NCBI GenBank assembly: GCA_963718615.1 | Contig: OY970368.1 | Span: 3,360,001-3,424,000 of the forward strand | From: an uncultured cyanobacterium | GTDB lineage: Bacteria; Cyanobacteriota; Cyanobacteriia; PCC-9006; JAAUQQ01 | Direction of reading: 5' to 3' | Length of the DNA stretch: 64,000 bases | Part shown: positions 30,147 to 37,910 of the stretch, one piece after another | How positions within the stretch are numbered: the first letter of the stretch is position 1 | Layout: the number at the start of each line of letters is the position of its first letter | The notes under the pieces: model-generated | What the model saw: the letters and a program-made list of their open reading frames with translations, nothing else | Told to the model about the DNA's origin: nothing | Database searches by the model: none | Translations under genes and position numbers: made by a program

Positions 30147-31199
30147 CTATTGGTTAGACGCTAGTGCTTCAATAAGATGATTGTCAATCAATTCTTCTAG
30201 TGGATAAATCTTTTGAAGATGGTGACTTTGTGCCAATTCTTCTTGAAGCTTATGTACACATTTTTCTAACCATGATTCTTTGAGAGAGAGCATCCTTGCA
30301 TTTTCCTCTAAAGTATATTCATGAATTCCTTGCATTGCTTTGAAAAGTTCTTTACTCATTAGCTTATTGCGAGCAAAAATTATTTTAGCCGCATCTTGAG
30401 GCTTGTTTCTGTAGTATTCTTGTGCTTTAAACCAACCGTTTATGAGCTCTTGAAGAGCTAATTTATAGCTTTCTATTGAATCATCTCGAACCAACAAAAC
30501 ATCAACGATCTCGTTCAGCATTTGATGACTACTAAAGACTTCTTGAGCTCCTTCTGCTATTAGCTGAGAAAGAATTGGTTCATAGGTGATAATCGTAGAA
30601 ACTGATGACTGACGGAATGAATTAATTTGATCATTCAGATCAAGGGGAACAACCTGAATATCCTCTATCGTCAGTCCTGCCAGATCGAGTAGACGTGTGA
30701 GCATTAAGGTTCCCCGGCTCGAAGCTTCTATAGCAACAGTTTGTTTTTTTAATTCATAGAGAGATTTTATAGGATTTCGAGTAATAACAGCATCTGCCCC
30801 ACAGGAACTACTCAAGATCAAGACAATTTTGAGATGCGGATCTGTATCTGAAAGAAGCAAAGCATCTCCCAATGAAAGCAGTAATCCGTCAAGTTGCTGA
30901 TTGCGAAAGGCACGATTTTTATCTTCAACGGTAGGATAATTAATCAGCCTAATATCTTGTTGATCGTAATAGCCTAAACGTTGAGCAAGATAAACGTTGT
31001 TATAAGAAAGGCCAGTAGTTGTTCCAATTCTGAGAGGAGCTGCATTCGAGGTGCAACTCACAAAGGCTAGACTAATAGCGCTAATGAGTCCAACCAAAAG
31101 CGTCTTGAAGCGATGTTTTTTGGGAACCGGCGATCGCCAAGCGGAATATATTCTATTGATCAATCTAATTGATCTAAGTGGTAGAGAACGGCGCATCAC
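30147..31199 (-). CDS. Second, divergent NMT1/SsuA-like substrate-binding lipoprotein
   Basis: Lipobox-like 'AFVSC', 'SCGADAVI', 'TYEP', 'EIVDVL'. Paralog of the neighbour but lacks WPGY. Confidence 0.8.
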   Translation of the reverse strand: MMRRSLPLRSIRLINRIYSAWRSPVPKKHRFKTLLVGLISAISLAFVSCTSNAAPLRIGTTTGLSYNNVYLAQRLGYYDQQDIRLINYPTVEDKNRAFRNQQLDGLLLSLGDALLLSDTDPHLKIVLILSSSCGADAVITRNPIKSLYELKKQTVAIEASSRGTLMLTRLLDLAGLTIEDIQVVPLDLNDQINSFRQSSVSTIITYEPILSQLIAEGAQEVFSSHQMLNEIVDVLLVRDDSIESYKLALQELINGWFKAQEYYRNKPQDAAKIIFARNKLMSKELFKAMQGIHEYTLEENARMLSLKESWLEKCVHKLQEELAQSHHLQKIYPLEELIDNHLIEALASNQ

Positions 31200-31648
31200 C
31201 TTTACTTACCCAACAAACTGCTGGAAATTGACTCATTATCCTTTTGACCCATTAATCGCCTTTAACTCCGTCTCTGTTTTATAGAAAAGCGGTTTATCTA
31301 CGGCTTTGGATAGGATGTCCTTCAGTATGCCCAGCGAGATTTTAAAACCGACAAAATTTGATTAGTCCGTAAAACCTAGGAAGCACTTGAGTCATGATTC
31401 TCTAGGAAACCGTGTTTTTACTCAATTCTCCTTAGTCAGGGTTATCTATGCTAGATATGTAGATCTTGTCTATGGGCTTCATCTCTATTACTTAGAAGCT
31501 GTCTGCTTAAATGTTATCCGTCTTGTCGTTTTCCATCTTGATTGCTATCTAGCGTTGATCACTCAGTTGATTCATCAAGTTGGTACACTCAATTAGTACG
31601 TCGCCATTCTCATCCATCATTCTTGTACGTTGTAGAGTTTTGAACACA

Positions 31649-32872
31649 ATGAAATCCTCTGTGCATAGGCTGAATGACATTACCCAGCATGAAATTGAGG
31701 CACTCAAACATGAATATAATATGTCTGATGCTCATACACATCAATCTCAGTCTCCAAGCCAGAGGAAAATTGTAGAGCGTCTACCACAGCTTTGGTTTGA
31801 CGCAGAGAATAAGCGACAACATGAGTTAGAGCAATGCTTCTTAGAAAATTTCTTTCGGGTACAGGGACGACCTTGGGCGCTTAAAAATAAGCTTCCTATG
31901 CTGGTCTATTCAGCTTCAATTGCAATGGCAATTACTGCAAACTACCTGCTTAAGAAAAAGCTGACTGTAAGTTTAATTCATCCATGTTTTGACAACTTGG
32001 TCGATCTGATGAAAAACATGCAGGTTCCACTTCAAGCACTTGAAGAGGAATGGCTGTATGATCCCGAAATGATCTATGAGAATCTCGAAAAGAATGTCAA
32101 GAGTGACGCTATCTTCTTGGTTGATCCTAACAATCCATCTGGATTTACGCTATATCAGCAAGGAATAGTCGGTTGGCAAGAGCTAATCCGGTTTGCGAAA
32201 GAAAACAAAAAGTTGCTGATTTTTGACTTTTGCTTTGCAGCTTTCATGCTGAATAACAAAAATCTACAGCTCTTCGACATTTATGAAATGTTGGAGACTT
32301 CTGGTGTAAGCTATATTGCGATGGAGGATACGGGTAAGACTTGGCCGCTACAAGATGCTAAGGTTGCTATGCTTAAAAGCAGTGCTGATCTTTACGCGGA
32401 TATCTACAATCTTTATACTGCTTATCTTCTGAACGTATCACCTTTTATACTGAATATCGTAACTCAGTATATTCTTGATTCTGAAAAAGATAAATTTGCA
32501 TCAGTGCACGGTTTGCTGAGCCGCAATCGTGCGATCGCTGAAGGAATTCTCAAAGATTCTATTTTAGAACCAATGACTCCTTTGGTGAATGTTAGTGTGA
32601 TGTGGTGTCGAATCAACAGTGAACAGATTCAATCTAGTCAGCTCAAGACTTACTTGACAGAATTTGACATTCACATTTTACCTGGAACTTTCTTTTTCTG
32701 GAATTCACCCCAGCGCGGCGAACGCTTTATTCGCTTGGCTTTAGCGCGTAATACTGAAACTTTCGAACCTGCCGTACGAGCCCTTCGAGATGCTGTTGAC
32801 CAATACGAAGTTTTCCTCTCCGCTCAGAAAACTCAGCGGGATTTATGCTCCCCTAGTAACGCCCTTTTATAA
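31649..32872 (+). CDS. rohP: PLP-dependent L-arginine oxidase, RohP/MppP family (aminotransferase class I/II fold)
   Basis: Family N-terminus 'DITQHEIEAL...YNMSDAHTHQSQS', 'HPCFDNL', 'VDPNNPSG', 'DFCFA', PLP-Lys motif 'EDTGKTWP.QDAK', 'LNVSPF', 'RLALAR'. Recognised from memory of the RohP/MppP sequences. Confidence 0.85.
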   Translation: MKSSVHRLNDITQHEIEALKHEYNMSDAHTHQSQSPSQRKIVERLPQLWFDAENKRQHELEQCFLENFFRVQGRPWALKNKLPMLVYSASIAMAITANYLLKKKLTVSLIHPCFDNLVDLMKNMQVPLQALEEEWLYDPEMIYENLEKNVKSDAIFLVDPNNPSGFTLYQQGIVGWQELIRFAKENKKLLIFDFCFAAFMLNNKNLQLFDIYEMLETSGVSYIAMEDTGKTWPLQDAKVAMLKSSADLYADIYNLYTAYLLNVSPFILNIVTQYILDSEKDKFASVHGLLSRNRAIAEGILKDSILEPMTPLVNVSVMWCRINSEQIQSSQLKTYLTEFDIHILPGTFFFWNSPQRGERFIRLALARNTETFEPAVRALRDAVDQYEVFLSAQKTQRDLCSPSNALL

Positions 32873-33644
32873 GGGACAGTTTGATCAAGACTCACTCTAT
32901 CGCCTGATGGATACGATTGAGCCCTTTGCAGAGGGATTTGTACCCTGTTTGAGTTCTGGCGAAGGTCAGTTTCTTTCCCTCTCAACTTGGCAGAATGTTA
33001 TCCAGGCAACGCGTCAATATACTCAGAAGGTAGTTATTGCGGGGATCAAACGTGAAACTCTACAAGAGACAATAGCGTTAGGTAAACTGGCACAACAGTT
33101 GGGTTGTGATGCCATTATTGTGCCGGTACCTGTCTCAGATGATAGGGTTACCGTTGGTTACTTCAATCAAATTACCGCTGCGATCGCCCTACCCATTGTT
33201 ATCTATAATACGGAAAGCCATTCTATTCAATCACTAGATGGTTTAAGGCAACTGGAGAGCTTACCTCAAATCATTGCTATTAAGGATTCTTCCATGAATG
33301 AAGAATTTTTTAAGCTCCTTTGTAATTTGAGAACTCAAGCGCAGCTCCGTCTTTCGGTTCTACAGGGATTTGAACATCTTTTGCAAGTCCCCCCTGGTTG
33401 TGATGGCTATCTCATTGCCTTGGCAAATCTTGAACCAGAGCTTTGCCATCGAATGTTGCTTGAAAATTCTGATGTGATCAATAGTGAAATTCTAGATTGC
33501 TTTTGGCGTTATAACCTGGGTGCTGATTGGTTTGTGAGTATGAAGGCAATTTTGATGGCTCGCCAAGTCATTCGCTCTGCGGAACAAGTTAATCTAATGG
33601 TTCAACCCGATCTTAAATCGGTTCCTAATTTGGCGATCGCATAG
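32790..33644 (+). CDS. DHDPS/NAL-family class I aldolase, RohR-like (4-hydroxy-2-ketoarginine retro-aldolase candidate)
   Basis: 'PLVTPF', 'CLSSGEG', 'IYN', Schiff-base 'IKDSS'. Overlaps the 3' end of the rohP-like gene. Confidence 0.78.
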   Translation: MLLTNTKFSSPLRKLSGIYAPLVTPFYKGQFDQDSLYRLMDTIEPFAEGFVPCLSSGEGQFLSLSTWQNVIQATRQYTQKVVIAGIKRETLQETIALGKLAQQLGCDAIIVPVPVSDDRVTVGYFNQITAAIALPIVIYNTESHSIQSLDGLRQLESLPQIIAIKDSSMNEEFFKLLCNLRTQAQLRLSVLQGFEHLLQVPPGCDGYLIALANLEPELCHRMLLENSDVINSEILDCFWRYNLGADWFVSMKAILMARQVIRSAEQVNLMVQPDLKSVPNLAIA

Positions 33645-33716
33645 CCATCATCAAGCTTAACTAAGCATGCTTCCATCATTCCAATGATCGAGTGGATAAA
33701 AACAAGTTAACTGATT

Positions 33717-33750
33717 GCCTGCGATTTTTTTTATGAGTTGCAGGCTTTTT
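33717..33750 (+). terminator. Probable terminator after the aldolase gene
   Basis: GCCTGCGATT...AGTTGCAGGC followed by TTTTT. Confidence 0.6.
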
Positions 33751-33956
33751 CGATATTTAATTTGATCAATAACCCAATGCTGTGTAATTTACTTAAGCTT
33801 GAATGTTTTCAAATAAATTTGAAATTTTAGGCTACTTAGTCTGATATTGCTTTTGTTTTATTCATAAAAAGTTCGGATTGTATCTATGAACTAGGAAGAT
33901 GGAAATAGAGATGGCTATCACGGTTATTTCTTGCTTATCTTCATTGCTTTATTTCT

Positions 33957-34457
33957 ATGTTGGGCTGGATCTTCTTGGCTTTTGCAGTTTGTTTGGATGT
34001 TCTGGGCACATTTGCTGCAAAATATGCGAATGGGTTTACAACACTGATTCCATCACTCATTACTATTGGGGCCTATTGTTTATCATTTACAGCGTTGACC
34101 TTTTCGATCAAAACACTCGATGTCAGCGTGGCTTATCCGGTTTGGACTGGCTCTGCAATCTTTTTAGTGGCTGTTTTAGGGGCTGTATTCTTCCACGAAA
34201 CGGTCAATTTCTTTAAAGTCTTTTCAACACTTTTGGTCGTCTTTGGCATCGTTGGCTTAGTGGTTAGTAGCCAGCCCGATGCAGCGGCTTGTCCGCCGGA
34301 GGTAGAACAAACTCAGCACCTACTCCAGAGCAGTAATCGCCCAAGGCTGTCCATGTCTCCTGTCTTTCATCGATTAGGCACACCTGTACTCTATGCAACT
34401 GTTAAGGGATACTCTGCCAACGTCATTCGTTTAAAGCCAGAGTTTTCTGAAAACTAA
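33957..34457 (+). CDS. SMR (EmrE/QacE-like) small transporter with Asp14 and ~60-aa C-terminal extension
   Basis: Four TM segments: 'W..L..AV.LDV.GT...K...GF', 'SF..L', 'VAYPVWTG', 'F.E', 'G...L'. Confidence 0.85.
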   Translation: MLGWIFLAFAVCLDVLGTFAAKYANGFTTLIPSLITIGAYCLSFTALTFSIKTLDVSVAYPVWTGSAIFLVAVLGAVFFHETVNFFKVFSTLLVVFGIVGLVVSSQPDAAACPPEVEQTQHLLQSSNRPRLSMSPVFHRLGTPVLYATVKGYSANVIRLKPEFSEN

Positions 34458-34495
34458 GGATGGCAACGCAATCTCGTGCTTAGGTTGCCATCCTT
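34456..34495. terminator. Hairpin between convergent SMR and pepA (right edge of island)
   Basis: AAGGATGGCAAC...GTTGCCATCCTT perfect 12-bp stem. Confidence 0.75.
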
Positions 34496-34516
34496 GAGAG
34501 ACTCAACAGGAAATTT

Positions 34517-34551
34517 TAAGACAAGAATTCTAAGACAAGAATTCTAAGACA
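34517..34551 (+). repeat. 14-bp tandem repeat x2.5 (TAAGACAAGAATTC)
   Basis: Directly visible just past the pepA stop. Confidence 0.8.
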
Positions 34552-34558
34552 GAAACTC

Positions 34559-36049
34559 CTAGGACAATACCCAGTTGACTAGCGTCCGAACCCCATAACC
34601 AGTTGCTCCAGCCGGACTGTAACCATGCTCTTTGTCAGCCCAGACGGGTCCTGCAACGTCGAGATGTGCCCAAGCGGAGGTTTCTTTGACAAATTCCCGT
34701 AGGAATAAAGCCGCAGTGATCGACCCCCCTGCCCGTGGACCTGTGTTTTTCATGTCAGCGATCGGGGATTTGATGCCTTCAAAATACCGATCTTCTAGGG
34801 GCATTTGCCAAAGTTTTTCACCCGCCAAATCCGCTGCTGCCTTGAGGGAAGTTGCAAGATCATCATCAATGCTCCAGAGCCCCGCAATGTCATTGCCCAA
34901 GGCCACGACACAGGCTCCTGTCAAGGTTGCTAGGTCAACGATCGCATCCACTCCCAGCTGATCAGCATAGACCAAAGCATCTGCTAGCGTGAGCCGTCCT
35001 TCTGCGTCGGTGTTGTTCACTTCAATGGTTTTGCCGTTGGACGCGGTCAGAATGTCGCCGGGGCGCATGGCATGACCACTAATCATATTCTCCGTCACAG
35101 CGCTGATAAAATGAACCTCCACATCGGGTTTAAGTTGGGCGATCGCCTTAGCCGCACCCAGCGTCGCAGCCGCTCCCCCCATATCCATTTTCATCGTCTC
35201 AATACCACTCCCCGGCCCCTTGAGATTGAGTCCTCCGGAATCAAAAGTTAATCCTTTGCCGACGATCGCCAGCTTTTTGCGCGGGGACCCCTCGGGACGA
35301 TAGATCAAATGAATAAACTTAGGGGGTAAATCAGACGCCTGGGCAACGCCCAGGAATGCGCCCATACCTCGGGCCTCACAAGCCTCTTTTTCTAATATTT
35401 CCAAGCTTAAGCCATAATCATTGGCCAGTTGCTGAGCAATGTCTGCCATGGCCGGGGGATCAATCCGGTTCGGTGGTGCCGCGACCAACTGCCTTGCTAA
35501 AACTACACCGGAAACAATTTTTTCGGCTTGGGCGATCGCCGCCTCTTGCTGGTCCAGATCGAGTAAGCTTACTCTCTGAATTTCCGAAGGATTCTCATCG
35601 TCTGGTTTCGACTTAAAGCGATGATCTTCGTACAGTGCTAACAAGACCCCTTCCACCAAAGCTTGCGTGGTGGCTGCCGGATCGCCGCTCCAGCAAGGCA
35701 AACTCAATGCCAACGTCTGGCACCGCTGTTTTTGAGCCGCCTTGGCGGCGGTGGCCGCTGCGCGTCGCAGACCCTCCAGCGTCAACGTTTCTGAGGCCCC
35801 TAAGCCCACCAGGATGAGCTTTTTAACGGGACTGTCCCGCCCGACCCGTAGAACCGTACTGCTATTGCTTTTGCCTGTGAACTTGGCATCAGCGATCGCA
35901 TCCGAAAGAGCGCCCTCCAAGCGCTCATCCAACGCGCTCCAATTGCTTGAAACCGTCCCATCCTCTTGAATATCCGTCTCGCAGAGCCCCAACGCTAGGG
36001 CATCACCGGTCCAACTCAACGCGGAAGTAGAAGTTGCTTGAAAATCCAT
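34559..36049 (-). CDS. pepA: Leucyl aminopeptidase (M17)
   Basis: '[10 protein letters not shown]', 'MKMDMGG', 'NTDAEGRL', 'LATLTGA'. Confidence 0.96.
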   Translation of the reverse strand: MDFQATSTSALSWTGDALALGLCETDIQEDGTVSSNWSALDERLEGALSDAIADAKFTGKSNSSTVLRVGRDSPVKKLILVGLGASETLTLEGLRRAAATAAKAAQKQRCQTLALSLPCWSGDPAATTQALVEGVLLALYEDHRFKSKPDDENPSEIQRVSLLDLDQQEAAIAQAEKIVSGVVLARQLVAAPPNRIDPPAMADIAQQLANDYGLSLEILEKEACEARGMGAFLGVAQASDLPPKFIHLIYRPEGSPRKKLAIVGKGLTFDSGGLNLKGPGSGIETMKMDMGGAAATLGAAKAIAQLKPDVEVHFISAVTENMISGHAMRPGDILTASNGKTIEVNNTDAEGRLTLADALVYADQLGVDAIVDLATLTGACVVALGNDIAGLWSIDDDLATSLKAAADLAGEKLWQMPLEDRYFEGIKSPIADMKNTGPRAGGSITAALFLREFVKETSAWAHLDVAGPVWADKEHGYSPAGATGYGVRTLVNWVLS

Positions 36050-36231
36050 GCTTGCTATTATCTTCGAAATCCTACTGATCTTGCTATCCTTCAGTCTGCC
36101 GTGATACCCGCATTCCCGGCAATCCTCTTCTCCAGATTCTCCCAGGGATTTGTGAAATAAGGCCCTGTCAAGGGCACGTTTGCCTCCGTGGGTGAGCGCT
36201 TAAAAATCGGCTAGCATCAGCCATATCATGC

Positions 36232-37776
36232 ATGGCTGGGAAATGGAGCCTCATATCAATGGAGATTGTTGCTGGGTTCGGGTTGCGCTCAGAGACTGCG
36301 TTAGGTGTTTTCTCAGACCCCCAGGGGATTGAATCCTGGGAGGGGATTGGGGTCGGGCTCGGAATGCTGGCTGGGACTGGGGCTGGGATTGGAATTGGAA
36401 TTGGAATTGGAGCAGAGACGCCACGAGAGGAGTTGGAGCGGTTGAGCGGGGCGATCGCCCAAGACTCGATCACCCTGGATCCCACCCAGGAATCGCTCAC
36501 GTTTTGGCCTAGTCACGACACCAATAATACGCTCACCACAGCCCAATCCTTAGGAATCTTAGAAGACTCGATTGTTCTCCAAGGCAGCCTGGGAGAAGCC
36601 GAATTTTTAGGACTGGATACCCAGGATTATTTCCAATTTCAAATTGAAGAGCCATCGCGCATTAACTTGACCTTGGACTATCTGAGTGCCGATGCCGATT
36701 TAGAGATTTTGGATGCTCAAGGCAATGTATTGCTTCAATCTAACCGTTGGGGAACCGCGACAGAGGCCATTACCTATCGGGTTGAGCAGACTGGGTTCTA
36801 CTATGCGCGAGTGATTTGGGAAGCACCTCAAACCTTTCCACTGACGTTGCCCGCAACGGATTACGAATTGCGTTTGGTGTCGCTGGAGAGCGATTTGCAG
36901 GTGGGCGATCGCACCTATCCCGATGGCGTTAGTTTCTGGCGTTACGATGCCCAAGGCCAAATTGAACAGGGGGTGGGTAATGAGGCGATCGCTACCAACC
37001 AAAATACAATCCTGGTTATCCATGGCAATAATCCCGATGGCCGGAGCCTCCGCGAAGACACCCAAATTGAGTCCCTCGCCAAGCAGGCAGCGACGGCCTA
37101 TCCTGCCTATCAAGTGCTAGCGCTAGACTGGAAAAAACCTGCGGCCAACGGCAAGGACTTGGTCCCGCTGGAATCGGCTCAGGCCATTCAGCCTGTGGCA
37201 CTGTGGGCCAAGGCTACGTTAGAATCTTTAGGATTAAGTGCCGATCAAATCAGTATATTTGGCCATAGTTTAGGCTCCTATGTGGGGGCCGAAATTGGCC
37301 GCTTGTTGAACCAAGTAAATGCATTAGTGGCCTTGGATCCAGCCTTTCCCGCCCAAAACTATGACATCAATGGCAATGAGCCAGGACAGCAAAAGATTAC
37401 GAATTTCAACTTGGCAGCTACGCGATCGATCGCCTTTGTGGCCTCCGATGAACGGGGTGGAATTGCTGGGGACAATAACCAAGCGGCAACGGCCCAGGCT
37501 TCGTTTATTGTGCAGTTTGAAGATCCCCGCTGGTTTGCCTTTACGGCTTTGGAGTATCACGGGGGCGTAGTTGAAGTATTTTCCAGCTTGCTACAACAGG
37601 ATCAGTTGATGTTTTCTGGCTATAGCAACAATTGGTTTGGTAATCGGGGCGGGCGCTATCGCAATCCCCGTGCAACGGCCCATGAAGGGGTTATTGTGGC
37701 CCATGAAGTCGATGGTGTTTGGCAGGCGGATCAATGGGGATTTGTGCCGGGGGATGGGGCGATCGCCTGGGTCTAG
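36232..37776 (+). CDS. PPC-domain + alpha/beta-hydrolase (pancreatic-lipase-like motif set) protein
   Basis: PPC 'DYFQF...DADLEILD...G.YY.RV'. Hydrolase 'IHG', 'LDW', 'GHSLGS', 'ALDPAFP'. Start uncertain (Gly/Ile-rich N-terminus). Confidence 0.7.
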   Translation: MAGKWSLISMEIVAGFGLRSETALGVFSDPQGIESWEGIGVGLGMLAGTGAGIGIGIGIGAETPREELERLSGAIAQDSITLDPTQESLTFWPSHDTNNTLTTAQSLGILEDSIVLQGSLGEAEFLGLDTQDYFQFQIEEPSRINLTLDYLSADADLEILDAQGNVLLQSNRWGTATEAITYRVEQTGFYYARVIWEAPQTFPLTLPATDYELRLVSLESDLQVGDRTYPDGVSFWRYDAQGQIEQGVGNEAIATNQNTILVIHGNNPDGRSLREDTQIESLAKQAATAYPAYQVLALDWKKPAANGKDLVPLESAQAIQPVALWAKATLESLGLSADQISIFGHSLGSYVGAEIGRLLNQVNALVALDPAFPAQNYDINGNEPGQQKITNFNLAATRSIAFVASDERGGIAGDNNQAATAQASFIVQFEDPRWFAFTALEYHGGVVEVFSSLLQQDQLMFSGYSNNWFGNRGGRYRNPRATAHEGVIVAHEVDGVWQADQWGFVPGDGAIAWV

Positions 37777-37910
37777 CCCTCAGGAAAACGATGAAGCGCT
37801 TTCCATTGACTCTCTGGCAGTAAATGTCAAAAATCGCTTTGCGATCGACAAATGAGTCCTATTGAATGGCAAACCTTTCTTCTTCCTTTCCCGAGTCGCG
37901 CGACCTGCTT

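Larger units (their letters stand above)
19980..34495. other. AT-rich accessory island: signalling operon plus arginine oxidase/aldolase/SMR genes
   Basis: GC drops visibly relative to the flanks. About 8 GCGATCGC sites in ~14.5 kb by manual count, versus 9 in 8400-9480 alone. Bounded by hairpins after LOG and before pepA. No integrase seen. Confidence 0.75.

Noticed and set aside
31649-33644. Guanitoxin or enduracididine cluster, or housekeeping dapA plus aminotransferase
   Set aside because: No Gnt-type hydroxylase, kinase or methyltransferases and no MppQ/MppR. The aldolase has CLSSGE rather than the DapA GTTGE motif.
33645-33956. Guanidine riboswitch upstream of the SMR gene
   Set aside because: No paired ACGR hairpins or ykkC-type motif visible. 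The SMR also lacks Gdx-type residues (G10, W16).
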